A stretch of DNA of 64,000 bases from an uncultured Bacilli bacterium. Lineage in GTDB: Bacteria; Bacillota_I; Bacilli_A; RF39; UBA660. Made by a program: the position numbers and the translations under genes. The notes below the pieces were generated by a model. That model saw nothing but the letters and a program-made list of their open reading frames with translations, did no database searches and was not told the origin of the DNA. The stretch is taken from the NCBI GenBank assembly GCA_944332025.1, contig CALVJB010000002.1, positions 26,566-90,565 on the forward strand. Reading direction: 5' to 3'. Positions 9,034-18,388 of this stretch are shown here, piece after piece. Position 1 is the stretch's first letter; each line of letters opens with the position of its first letter.

Positions 9034-10410
9034 ATGTTTTTTGCTAGTAATTTGCAAAAGTTAAGAAAAAGAGAAAATATGTCTCAGGAAGCTTTAGCTG
9101 AAAAATTAGATGTTACAAGACAATCTGTATCTAAATGGGAAAGTGGGGCAAGTTATCCAGAGATGGATAAATTAATATCTATATGTAAGATCTTTAATGT
9201 AGATATGGATACTTTAGTAAATGGAGATGTAGATGAAAAGAAAGATACAAATAAGGAGACTACTATTAATACTAAAGATCTTTTAGATAAGTTTAATACT
9301 TTAATGAAAAAGATAGTTTGTCTTTTTGAAAGTATGAGTTTTAAAGAGATAATAGAGTTTTTAGTAACAGTATTTCTTTTAATTATTATTATTTTAATAG
9401 GGACTATACCTAAAGATATTATAGAGAATCTAATAGGAGATGGACTTTTATATGATATTGCATATGTAGGACCTGCACTTAATACGATATTTACATTTAT
9501 AGTAGATATTTTATATAGTGTTTTTTCTATAGTAATATTTATCTATGTCTTAAAGATTAAATACCTAGATAGAATTAAAATAAACGAAGATACTGATAAA
9601 GAGATAGTTGCAAAAGTTAAAGAGAAAAGAGTAGAAGAAGTAGAGAGAGTTATTATTAAAGATAATAATAGTAATTCTTTAACAAGAACACTTGCTAAGA
9701 TAATTATTTATATAATTAAGTTTTTTGTAGTATTATTTCTTTTCGCACCACTTATATGTATTGTAGTATTTGCAGTTATGTTAGGGTTTGAAGTGTTATT
9801 TGTTATAAAGGGACTTCCTTTAATAGGGATACTTTTATGGACAATAGCAGGTATAATAATTACTTCATTATGTTTTGAAGTACCTTTAAACTTTGTTATT
9901 AATCATAAAAATAATTATAAAAGAGTAATGATTACATTACTTATATCACTTATTATAATTATTATAGGTTCTATTATATTTGCTTTTGAATTCTTTTCTT
10001 TAACTTATGTAGATAGTCTGCCTATTGATGTTAAGACTAAAGATATTATAGAAACATTACCTATGACAAGTGATTTTAAGACTATAGGATATTATCATAA
10101 TGATATAAAATATGTAGTAGATGATAGTCTGACAGATAGAGTAGAGGTAACGGTTACTTATTATGACTATTTAGTAGATTATAATATAGAAGTGGAATTA
10201 CATAATGATAATTTATTAGTTTATATGGATAGTCCTAAAGAATTTAGCTTTAAGGATGCATTAGACAAAATAAGTGATGATATTAAAGATGGTAAGATCT
10301 ATAATTATGATAAGTTAAATGAATATAAAGTTACTATTAAAACTAGTAGTGATAATATTAATATAATAAAAAATAATAATAAAGAATTCTTTAATGAAAA
10401 TAATTCCTAG
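9034..10410 (+). CDS. XRE-family HTH regulator fused to a multi-pass membrane domain
   Basis: HTH_3 (SQEALAEKLDVTRQSVSKWESG) followed by at least 4 TM helices. ATG at 9034 with AGAGGTG RBS; ORF track starts at GTG 9025. Confidence 0.65.
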   Translation: MFFASNLQKLRKRENMSQEALAEKLDVTRQSVSKWESGASYPEMDKLISICKIFNVDMDTLVNGDVDEKKDTNKETTINTKDLLDKFNTLMKKIVCLFESMSFKEIIEFLVTVFLLIIIILIGTIPKDIIENLIGDGLLYDIAYVGPALNTIFTFIVDILYSVFSIVIFIYVLKIKYLDRIKINEDTDKEIVAKVKEKRVEEVERVIIKDNNSNSLTRTLAKIIIYIIKFFVVLFLFAPLICIVVFAVMLGFEVLFVIKGLPLIGILLWTIAGIIITSLCFEVPLNFVINHKNNYKRVMITLLISLIIIIIGSIIFAFEFFSLTYVDSLPIDVKTKDIIETLPMTSDFKTIGYYHNDIKYVVDDSLTDRVEVTVTYYDYLVDYNIEVELHNDNLLVYMDSPKEFSFKDALDKISDDIKDGKIYNYDKLNEYKVTIKTSSDNINIIKNNNKEFFNENNS

Positions 10411-10988
10411 TTAAGTTTAGGAATTATTTTTTCATTTACATAGTTTAATGTTACTAAGTTAGAGATACTATCTAATGCTTCTTTAGTAGTCTCTATTATA
10501 TAAGTACAGTTTTCTTCATATAACTTACTTTTTATAATACTATCTTTAAGTAAATAGTTAATCTCTTTTTCTTTAGAATATGGAAAGGTAATAGATGCTT
10601 CTATTCCTTTAATTAACTCTACTAAAGTAGATTTATTAATAACTTCTTTACATGTATTAGAATAGGCTCTAATAAGACCTCCTGGACCTAATTTAATGCC
10701 TCCAAAGTATCTAATTACTACTGCTAAAACATTTACTAGATTATTACCTTCAATAACATTTAGAATAGGAATACCTGCAGTTTTATTAGGTTCTCCATCA
10801 TCACTAAAGCCTTTATTATTGATTAGAGTAAAAGCATAACAGTAGTGAGTAGCATTTTTATATTCTTCTTTTAGGTTATTTAGATTATATTTAACATCAT
10901 CTAGAGATTCTATAGGTATAATAATTCCTATAAATTTAGAGTTTTTAATATTAGTTTCATATATTTCTTTATTTATAATACTCTTCAT
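10407..10988 (-). CDS. yigZ: YigZ/IMPACT-family protein
   Basis: UPF0029-type motifs (HYCYAF, SDDGEP, GTAGIPIL); 193 aa. Confidence 0.75.
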   Translation of the reverse strand: MKSIINKEIYETNIKNSKFIGIIIPIESLDDVKYNLNNLKEEYKNATHYCYAFTLINNKGFSDDGEPNKTAGIPILNVIEGNNLVNVLAVVIRYFGGIKLGPGGLIRAYSNTCKEVINKSTLVELIKGIEASITFPYSKEKEINYLLKDSIIKSKLYEENCTYIIETTKEALDSISNLVTLNYVNEKIIPKLN

Positions 10989-11147
10989 GATAAGTTCCTT
11001 TCTATACTTTTATTTTACAGTAAATAGGAAAAAAATACAAATAAAGTACTTGTATTACCCTTATTAACTGATATATAATACTATTAGATAAGTTAAGAGT
11101 ATTAAAAATATCTAATTGGTTATATTAAGTAGTAAGGAGCAATGAGA

Positions 11148-12068
11148 ATGGAAAAGACAAAGAAAGAGATAGTAATAATAGGATTACTCCTATTAATGGT
11201 AATAGCATTAATAGGAGTAAGTTATGCTGCTTTTAGATTTACAGGCGAAGGAACTAAAGTAAACTCAATAACAACAGGATCTATTACGATGACATATGAA
11301 GAGACTGATAATACTATTAGTTTAAATGGAGCATTACCGACAACAGATAAAACAGGTAAGACAAGATTAAATCCTGGAGAGTATTTTGATTTTACTGTTA
11401 GTAGTAATATATCAGGAGATACTAATATTAATTATGAGATAAGTGCTAAAGAAGTAGGAGATGGCACTATAGATGGAAGTAATATAAAGTTATATTTAAC
11501 TAGATTAACAGATGATGGAGAAGAAGAGTTAATGACACCAGAGACTTATAATGAAGAGAGTACATCTAATAGTTTTACTGGAAGACCATCAGGAGAGATG
11601 AGTTTATATACAAGTAGTATGAGTAGTAGTGAAAGTAATAGATATAGATTAAGAATGTGGGTAGATGAAGATTATAATCCTCAAGGAGATGGAGGGAATC
11701 TAACTTTCTCAGTACAAATAAATGTCTATGGATTAGATAGAGTAGCAGAATCTTTAGTTTTTGTTGCGGTTGATACATTTAGTGTTGTGAAGAGAAGATG
11801 GAGCGAGTGGGAGTATACGGTTACTGTAAAGGAAGGTACATTTGATGGAAATACTCCTGCGTTTAAAATGTACTATAAGAATGCCAATGATGAATTAACA
11901 TCAATTACGGTGTATACAAAGTTGAAAGAAACTAGTGGAGATAATGAGGTATATTCTTTAAGATTTAAGGCACCAAATGAAGAGGGACAGTTCCCAGTAC
12001 TGATTCACACTTATATTAATGGAGTAGAAAGTGAAGAATTTATTTCTACTAATATGACGGTAAAATAG
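11148..12068 (+). CDS. secreted Ser/Thr/Asn-rich protein with N-terminal signal/anchor
   Basis: N-terminal hydrophobic segment (IVIIGLLLLMVIALIGVSYA), then a low-complexity ST-rich body. AAGGAG RBS before the ATG at 11148. Confidence 0.5.
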   Translation: MEKTKKEIVIIGLLLLMVIALIGVSYAAFRFTGEGTKVNSITTGSITMTYEETDNTISLNGALPTTDKTGKTRLNPGEYFDFTVSSNISGDTNINYEISAKEVGDGTIDGSNIKLYLTRLTDDGEEELMTPETYNEESTSNSFTGRPSGEMSLYTSSMSSSESNRYRLRMWVDEDYNPQGDGGNLTFSVQINVYGLDRVAESLVFVAVDTFSVVKRRWSEWEYTVTVKEGTFDGNTPAFKMYYKNANDELTSITVYTKLKETSGDNEVYSLRFKAPNEEGQFPVLIHTYINGVESEEFISTNMTVK

Positions 12069-12208
12069 AGGAAGACAGTTAATAATAAATTTTATTGTTA
12101 TTTTACATCTGCGGATAAGAGTACTATTTTTTATTCTTAAGGCTATAATGGTTAAAGCAAAAACTTGTTCTAAATTATGTTTTTTATAGGATATATAATT
12201 AATAACAA

Positions 12209-12961
12209 ATGGTGAGGGAAAATTTTGCTCTCATCGTTTTGCCTATAAGGAGAGTTAAAATTGGAGATATTGTAGATGGTAATGGAATAATAGATAATCC
12301 ATATCGCTTAGAAGGAGATAATGATACAAATTTATCAGGAACACTACTAAATACAAGATATAGTGGAGAATATATAAGATTTGGAAATGATGAGAATAAT
12401 CTATATAGAATAGTAAGTCATGAAAATGGAACAGGAACAAAGATAGTGAGTGCCGAACCACTAAAGCGTGATAATACTTTTATAACAAGTGCTTTTGATA
12501 GTAATAATAGTGTAAATTATTCAAGTAGTACAACAATAGGTACATTCTTAAATGGAGAATATTTAACAAGTTATGTAGATAGTACATATAGTGATATGAT
12601 AGAAGATAGTACAACTTGGTATTTAGGAACAGTAGGAATAGGTGCAAGTTATAAACTAGCCAAATATACAGATATCAGTATGTCAGGGTATGCTACAAGT
12701 ACAGAATCTAAAGTAGGATTACTTCGAATGGGAGAATTAATGGCAGGGCTATTTTACAGATATGATAATAATACATTTTGGTGGACTTTGACACCATATA
12801 GTACGTCTGACGTGCGTTACGTGGGCTACAATGGCCTTGCGGACTACAACACTCCGACCTATTCGTACGGTGTCCGGCCATCCTTAAATCTAAAATCTAA
12901 CGTGCAAATTGTAAATGGTGATGGGACCTTAAATTCACCATTCACTTTAGCTCTACAATAA
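12209..12961 (+). CDS. surface-protein-like ORF with C-terminal WxxTP...GVRPxLNL motif; possible gene fragment
   Basis: No RBS and no signal peptide at the annotated ATG. C-terminal motif (WWTLTPYSTSD...YGVRPSLNL) resembles a surface-protein domain. Contains a local GC-rich codon patch. Confidence 0.4.
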   Translation: MVRENFALIVLPIRRVKIGDIVDGNGIIDNPYRLEGDNDTNLSGTLLNTRYSGEYIRFGNDENNLYRIVSHENGTGTKIVSAEPLKRDNTFITSAFDSNNSVNYSSSTTIGTFLNGEYLTSYVDSTYSDMIEDSTTWYLGTVGIGASYKLAKYTDISMSGYATSTESKVGLLRMGELMAGLFYRYDNNTFWWTLTPYSTSDVRYVGYNGLADYNTPTYSYGVRPSLNLKSNVQIVNGDGTLNSPFTLALQ

Positions 12962-13090
12962 ATAATAAAGTTATAAATATTTAGAATACTATCTAATGTT
13001 TATAACTTTTTCTTTTGGTTATACTAAGTATAGGTTATTTACTCTTAATGATGTTTGTGATAGAATACTTCATATATAAGGAGGGATGTT

Positions 13091-14296
13091 ATGTTTCGTA
13101 AAAATAATAAAAATGATGAATTAGATTATAAAGCTATTAATAAGTTCTTTTATACTTCTAATAATCTCTTAAATTTTGTGCTTGCTTTAGTTATTATACT
13201 TGCTATACTTCTTGCAACTTACTTAATTAAAGAGTGGAATATACTTGGTATAATTGGTACTATTCTATCAATAATATCACCAGTCTTTATAGGCTTTGTT
13301 ATTGCCTGGTTACTTGATCCTTTAGCAACTAAGTTTTCTAATAAAATGCCTAGAGTTATAGCATGCATACTAACATACTTAATTATATTTGGAGGAATTA
13401 TTTTAATGTTTGTTTTAATTGTTCCGACATTTTCAAGTGGAGTATCTGATATTGTTTCAGTAGTTCCTGATATAGTTGATAATGTTCAAGACTTTGCAAG
13501 TGATATGTTAGAAAATTTAGGTGATAGTAGCAGGGTTGAATCTTATAAAAATACTATGCTTGATAGAATAGAAGAAGTTGGTACTAGTTTAGTTAATACT
13601 CTCCCTAATACTATTTGGAATTTTGGTAGTGGCATTGTTGGTGTTGCAACTAATATAGTTTTAGGACTTATGATAGGTTTCTACTTGCTCTTTGATTTTC
13701 GTAAGTTTGAGGGACATATACTTAGTATTATGCCTAAAAGATGGCATAGTAATGCTAAAGATTTGATGAGTCGTATTAATGGTAAACTTAGAAGCTATGT
13801 TGGCGGTGTGCTTTTAATTATGGTACTTGTCTTTATTACTCAGTCTATTGGCTTTAGTTTAGCAGGACTTTCTGCTCCATTCCTATTCGCTTTGTTCTGT
13901 GCAATTACCGATGTAATACCTTATATTGGACCATGGATAGGAGGAGCTCCTGCAGTTATTGTAGGCTTTACGATTGACCCTATGGTAGGAGTATTTTGTT
14001 TAATATCAGTACTTGTATGTCAACTACTTGAGAACAACTTCTATCAACCATTAATTATGGGTAAGACTATGAAACTTCATCCTGTTACAATTATGCTAGG
14101 ACTATTGATTTTTAATTATTTCTTTGGTATGATAGGAATGATAGTTGCAACACCTGTTATCGCTACTATTAAGATAATTTTTGAGTTTATTATGGAGCAT
14201 TCTAGTATAGGTGAGGCGTTTAATAATTATCAAGAAAATAATAAGAAGACTGTGAAGGAAAAGAGTACAAAAGATAATCTTATCAAAGAGAGTTAA
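13091..14296 (+). CDS. AI-2E family transporter (PerM/UPF0118)
   Basis: About 8 TM helices and an AI-2E-type layout. AAGGAGGG RBS; 401 aa. Confidence 0.8.
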   Translation: MFRKNNKNDELDYKAINKFFYTSNNLLNFVLALVIILAILLATYLIKEWNILGIIGTILSIISPVFIGFVIAWLLDPLATKFSNKMPRVIACILTYLIIFGGIILMFVLIVPTFSSGVSDIVSVVPDIVDNVQDFASDMLENLGDSSRVESYKNTMLDRIEEVGTSLVNTLPNTIWNFGSGIVGVATNIVLGLMIGFYLLFDFRKFEGHILSIMPKRWHSNAKDLMSRINGKLRSYVGGVLLIMVLVFITQSIGFSLAGLSAPFLFALFCAITDVIPYIGPWIGGAPAVIVGFTIDPMVGVFCLISVLVCQLLENNFYQPLIMGKTMKLHPVTIMLGLLIFNYFFGMIGMIVATPVIATIKIIFEFIMEHSSIGEAFNNYQENNKKTVKEKSTKDNLIKES

Positions 14297-14372
14297 TGGT
14301 AGGTGGAAATTAACTAAGATGCTTTTGGAAAGCTAGTTCTAGAGTTTTCTAGGGAGACCTTTATCAAAATTA

Positions 14373-14426
14373 AGACCAAAGTAGGATGGTAACGTGTATT
14401 ATACACTCCTACAGTGGTCTTTTTTA
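14373..14426 (+). terminator. long hairpin plus U-run (terminator or attenuator)
   Basis: AGACCAAAGTAGGA ... TCCTACAGTGGTCT stem with an internal GTGTATTATACAC palindrome, then TTTTTT. Ends 24 nt before the RBS of the 14450 gene. Confidence 0.6.
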
Positions 14427-14449
14427 TGTATAAAATGGAGTTGGTTTAG

Positions 14450-14998
14450 ATGAAGATATTTTTGTTAGCAGGTAAAGCTGGTTGTGGTAAAGATTTACTT
14501 GGAAGTTATATGAAGACTAAATATGATTTTAAAGGAGATAGTGCTTGTATTCTTCATATAACGACACCTTTATATGAGTATGCTAAAAACTATTTTAGTT
14601 GGAATGGTGATATGAGAGAAAAACCAAGAGAGTTTTTACAAGAGATGGGAATTGAAGTAATTAGAAATACTCTTCATAAAGAAACATTCTTAGTAGATAG
14701 ATTATGTGAAGATATAGATATTTTAAAACATTACTTTGATGTCTTTATTATTACTGATGGTAGACTTGTTAGTGAGTTTGATTTGTTAAGAGAAAGATTT
14801 CCTGATATTAAGATAATTCATGTAATTAGAGATAATTATGATAATAAATTAACTCTTAAAGAAAAAGAACATATTACTGAGACTGATATGGATAATTATA
14901 AAGATTATGATTATGTAGTAAGAAATACTACTAAAGAAGAGTTATTTAGGGAAGCAGATAAGATTATGGATATAGAAAGTGGGGTCGAATATTTATGA
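14450..14998 (+). CDS. P-loop deoxynucleoside-monophosphate-kinase-like protein (T4 gp1-like)
   Basis: FLLAGKAGCGKD P-loop; IIHVIRD and HITE motifs parallel T4 dNMP kinase (FLSGVKRSGKD ... VIHVVR ... HITE), recalled from memory. Confidence 0.55.
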   Translation: MKIFLLAGKAGCGKDLLGSYMKTKYDFKGDSACILHITTPLYEYAKNYFSWNGDMREKPREFLQEMGIEVIRNTLHKETFLVDRLCEDIDILKHYFDVFIITDGRLVSEFDLLRERFPDIKIIHVIRDNYDNKLTLKEKEHITETDMDNYKDYDYVVRNTTKEELFREADKIMDIESGVEYL

Positions 14999-15543
14999 AA
15001 AAACTGATCGCAGTCGTTGGTATGAGTGGTAGTGGTAAAAGTGTTGCAACAACATACTTAGAGGATCAAGGTTATAAGAAAATATACTTTGGAGGAGTAA
15101 TTTATGATAAGATGAAAGAAGCTGGTATACCTATTACTCCTGATAGTCAAAAAGAGTTTAGAGAAAATTTAAGAAAAGAACATGGTATGGGAGTAGTTGC
15201 AAAGATTCTTTTACCTAGGATAGATGAAGCTTACAGTATAGGTGATACAGTTTTAGATGGATTATATTCTTGGGATGAATATTTAATACTTAAAGAAAGA
15301 TTTAAAGATTTAAAACTAGTTTGTGTTTGCACTGATAAGAAAATTAGATATAATAGAGTTGAGTCAAGACCTGATAGACCTTTTAATCACGAAGATATTA
15401 TTAAAAGGGATGTCGCGGAGATTGAAAACTCTGCTAAAGGTGGTCCTATTGCCTTTGCAGATTATTATATCTTAAATAATGGAGACTTAAATAGTTTTTA
15501 TAAGAGATTAGAAGAGATACTTGAAAGTATTGATAATGAGTAA
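14995..15543 (+). CDS. P-loop nucleotide kinase (dephospho-CoA-kinase/adenylate-kinase-like)
   Basis: VVGMSGSGKS Walker A; about 180 aa; overlaps the preceding kinase by 4 nt. Confidence 0.5.
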   Translation: MKKLIAVVGMSGSGKSVATTYLEDQGYKKIYFGGVIYDKMKEAGIPITPDSQKEFRENLRKEHGMGVVAKILLPRIDEAYSIGDTVLDGLYSWDEYLILKERFKDLKLVCVCTDKKIRYNRVESRPDRPFNHEDIIKRDVAEIENSAKGGPIAFADYYILNNGDLNSFYKRLEEILESIDNE

Positions 15544-15697
15544 TTTTTGCCACCGCAGTGGCAAAATTAAGACTTTTAATAGAGGTATTTGTGCAACAGG
15601 TGTTGCACAAATCTAAATAAAAATAGTAATTAATTAGTGTAGATAGTATCTGCATAATTTATAGATATTAAAATAATACAAGAAGGAGAGAAGTAAT

Positions 15698-18388
15698 ATG
15701 AGATATATGACTAGTAATGAAATTAGAAAGATGTGGATTAAATACTTTGAAGAGCATGGACACAAATATGTTAAATCTGCTCCCTTAATTCCTATTAATG
15801 ATGATTCACTACTTTGGATTAATGCTGGTGTTACACCATTAAAAAAATACTTTGATGGAAGCATAACCCCTGAGTCACGTAGAATTGTTAATATTCAAAA
15901 ATGTATTAGAACTAATGATATAGAAAATGTTGGTGTTACTAAAAGACATCATACTTTCTTTGAGATGATGGGTAATTTTTCGATTGGAGATTACTTTAAA
16001 GATGAAGCGATAGAGTTTGCTTATGAACTATTAACAAGTAAAGACTGGTTTAATATTCCTAAAGAGAAACTTTATGTAACAATCTATACAAATGATTCTG
16101 ATGCTTATAATAAATGGATAGAAGTAGGAATGGATGAAGATCACATTATAAAACTTGAAGGTAATTTCTGGGAAATAGGAGAAGGTCCATGTGGTCCTGA
16201 TAGTGAGATATTTTATGATCAAGGTGAAAAACTAGATCCCGATGGTACTGCTTGGGAGAAGTTTATTCATGATGAAGATCAAGATCGTTATGTAGAGATA
16301 TGGAATAATGTGTTTAGTCAGTTTAACTCTAAAGCTGGTGTAAAAAGAGAAAAATATGAAGAACTCCCTCATAAAAATATTGATACAGGTGCAGGACTAG
16401 AAAGATGGGCTTGTATCTTCCAAGGTGTTGAATCTAACTTTGAGACTGATTTATTTAAACCAATAATCGAAAAAATAGAAGAACTTAGTGGAGTTTTATA
16501 TAATGGTGAGGTTGCTTTTAAAGTAATAGCAGACCATATGAAAGCGGTAACATTTGCTATTAGTGATGGTGCAAGTTTTGGTAATACAGGACGTGATTAC
16601 GTTTTAAGAAGATTAGTAAGACGTAGTGTTAGATTTGGTAGAACTCTAGGATTTAGTGAACCATTCCTTTATAAATTAGTTCCTACTATTGTTAATGTAA
16701 TGGGAGAAGCTTATCCTGAGTTAAAGAAAAACTCTGGAGAAGTAGCAGTTTATATTCTTGATGAAGAGAAACTATTCTTTAATACTCTAGAAGATGGAGA
16801 AAGACGTCTAAAAGAGATTATGTCTGATGATAATGATAAAGTAATTAGTGGTTATGATGCTTTTAGATTATATGATACTTATGGTTTCCCATTAGAATTA
16901 ACAGAAGAAATTGCTAGTGAGAATGGATATACTGTTAACGCGCAAGAATTTAATGATTATATGACAAAACAAAAAGAACTTGCTAAAAAGAATTCTCGTA
17001 GTAAAACATCTATGGCTACTCAAAAGAAAGTCTTAATGGACTTTACTAAACCTTCAACATTTGTCTATGGATTATATCGTTTGAAGAGTAGTGTTCTTGC
17101 TATAGTTAGTAAAGATAAGTTAGAGAAGTCTCTTGATCACTCTGGTTATATCATTTTAAAGAGAACTTGTTTCTACTCAGAGTCTGGAGGACAAGTATCT
17201 GATACAGGTATGATTATAGGTAAAAACTTTAAAGCAAGAGTTGTTGATGTATTTAAAGGACCTAATGGACAACATATTCATAAAATTAAATTACTTGATG
17301 GAGTTGTTCATGTTAATGATGAAGTAGAAGTAATGGTTGATAAACCTAGAAGAAAAGAAATAGAAGCGAACCACTCTAGTGTTCATATGCTTCAATATGC
17401 TCTACAACAAGTAGTTGATAAAAATATTAGACAAGCAGGTAGTTATGTAGATGATGAGAAACTTAGATTTGATTTTACTTGTCCATCTAAAATTACTGAT
17501 GAAGAAATTGTTAAGACAGAAGACTTTGTTAATAAGATGATAAGTAAAAATATTATAACTTCTACTGAGACTATGCCAATAGATAAAGCGAAAGAATTAG
17601 GGGCAATGGCTTTATTTGGAGAAAAATATGGTGAGACTGTTAGAGTTGTTAAAATAGATAAATCTATAGAACTTTGTGGTGGTACTCATGTTGCAAATAC
17701 TAAAGATATAGGTAAGTTTGCAATATTTAACTTTGAATCTAAAGGAAGTAATACTTATAGAATTGAAGCAGTTACAGGTAGTAGATTAGAGAATACTTTA
17801 TTTGAAGTAATTAAACCATATAATGATGAGATGGTTAAACTATTAATAAAAGCTAAAGAAATACTTGCTCTTGCTAAAAGACAAAACATTAACTTAGATT
17901 TTGATGTTGAAATAGATAATAGTGTACCTACTTCATATAAAGATATTATCTATAATCAAAATGAATTATCTTATGTACAAAGTGAAGTTAAAGCACTTGA
18001 AAAAACTTATAATAATGAAGTAGAGAAACTTACAATATCAAGTTTAGATGCTTATTTAGATAGAGTAAAAGAAGTTAATGGAAAAAAACTATTATACTTA
18101 GAACTTGATAATTTAGAGATGTTTTTAGTAAAGACTATGGCAGATAACTTATGTAATAAATTTGATGAAGTAGTAGTATTCTTAGCTAATATCAAAGAAG
18201 ATAATAGTGTTAACTTTATTTGTCGTAGTTCTGTCTCTTCTGTTAATGCAGGATACATCGTTAAAAATATAACAACTGCCTTTGATGGTAATGGAGGAGG
18301 TAGTTCTACATTTGCTCAAGGAGGTATTAAAGACAAGAGTCATTTAAAAGATATAAAGCAAGCTTTAGAGGATTTAATCAATGAATAA
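15698..18388 (+). CDS. alaS: alanyl-tRNA synthetase
   Basis: 896 aa. Class II motifs (FFEMMGNFSIGDYFK, WNNVFSQF). C-terminal HxxxH editing motif and a C-terminal GGG C-Ala-type domain. Confidence 0.95.
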   Translation: MRYMTSNEIRKMWIKYFEEHGHKYVKSAPLIPINDDSLLWINAGVTPLKKYFDGSITPESRRIVNIQKCIRTNDIENVGVTKRHHTFFEMMGNFSIGDYFKDEAIEFAYELLTSKDWFNIPKEKLYVTIYTNDSDAYNKWIEVGMDEDHIIKLEGNFWEIGEGPCGPDSEIFYDQGEKLDPDGTAWEKFIHDEDQDRYVEIWNNVFSQFNSKAGVKREKYEELPHKNIDTGAGLERWACIFQGVESNFETDLFKPIIEKIEELSGVLYNGEVAFKVIADHMKAVTFAISDGASFGNTGRDYVLRRLVRRSVRFGRTLGFSEPFLYKLVPTIVNVMGEAYPELKKNSGEVAVYILDEEKLFFNTLEDGERRLKEIMSDDNDKVISGYDAFRLYDTYGFPLELTEEIASENGYTVNAQEFNDYMTKQKELAKKNSRSKTSMATQKKVLMDFTKPSTFVYGLYRLKSSVLAIVSKDKLEKSLDHSGYIILKRTCFYSESGGQVSDTGMIIGKNFKARVVDVFKGPNGQHIHKIKLLDGVVHVNDEVEVMVDKPRRKEIEANHSSVHMLQYALQQVVDKNIRQAGSYVDDEKLRFDFTCPSKITDEEIVKTEDFVNKMISKNIITSTETMPIDKAKELGAMALFGEKYGETVRVVKIDKSIELCGGTHVANTKDIGKFAIFNFESKGSNTYRIEAVTGSRLENTLFEVIKPYNDEMVKLLIKAKEILALAKRQNINLDFDVEIDNSVPTSYKDIIYNQNELSYVQSEVKALEKTYNNEVEKLTISSLDAYLDRVKEVNGKKLLYLELDNLEMFLVKTMADNLCNKFDEVVVFLANIKEDNSVNFICRSSVSSVNAGYIVKNITTAFDGNGGGSSTFAQGGIKDKSHLKDIKQALEDLINE

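Noticed and set aside
15544-15697. T-box riboswitch upstream of alaS
   Set aside because: The leader is only ~150 nt and lacks the conserved T-box sequence (AATTAGGGTGGTACCGCG-like). The hairpins present do not form a specifier loop or an antiterminator architecture.
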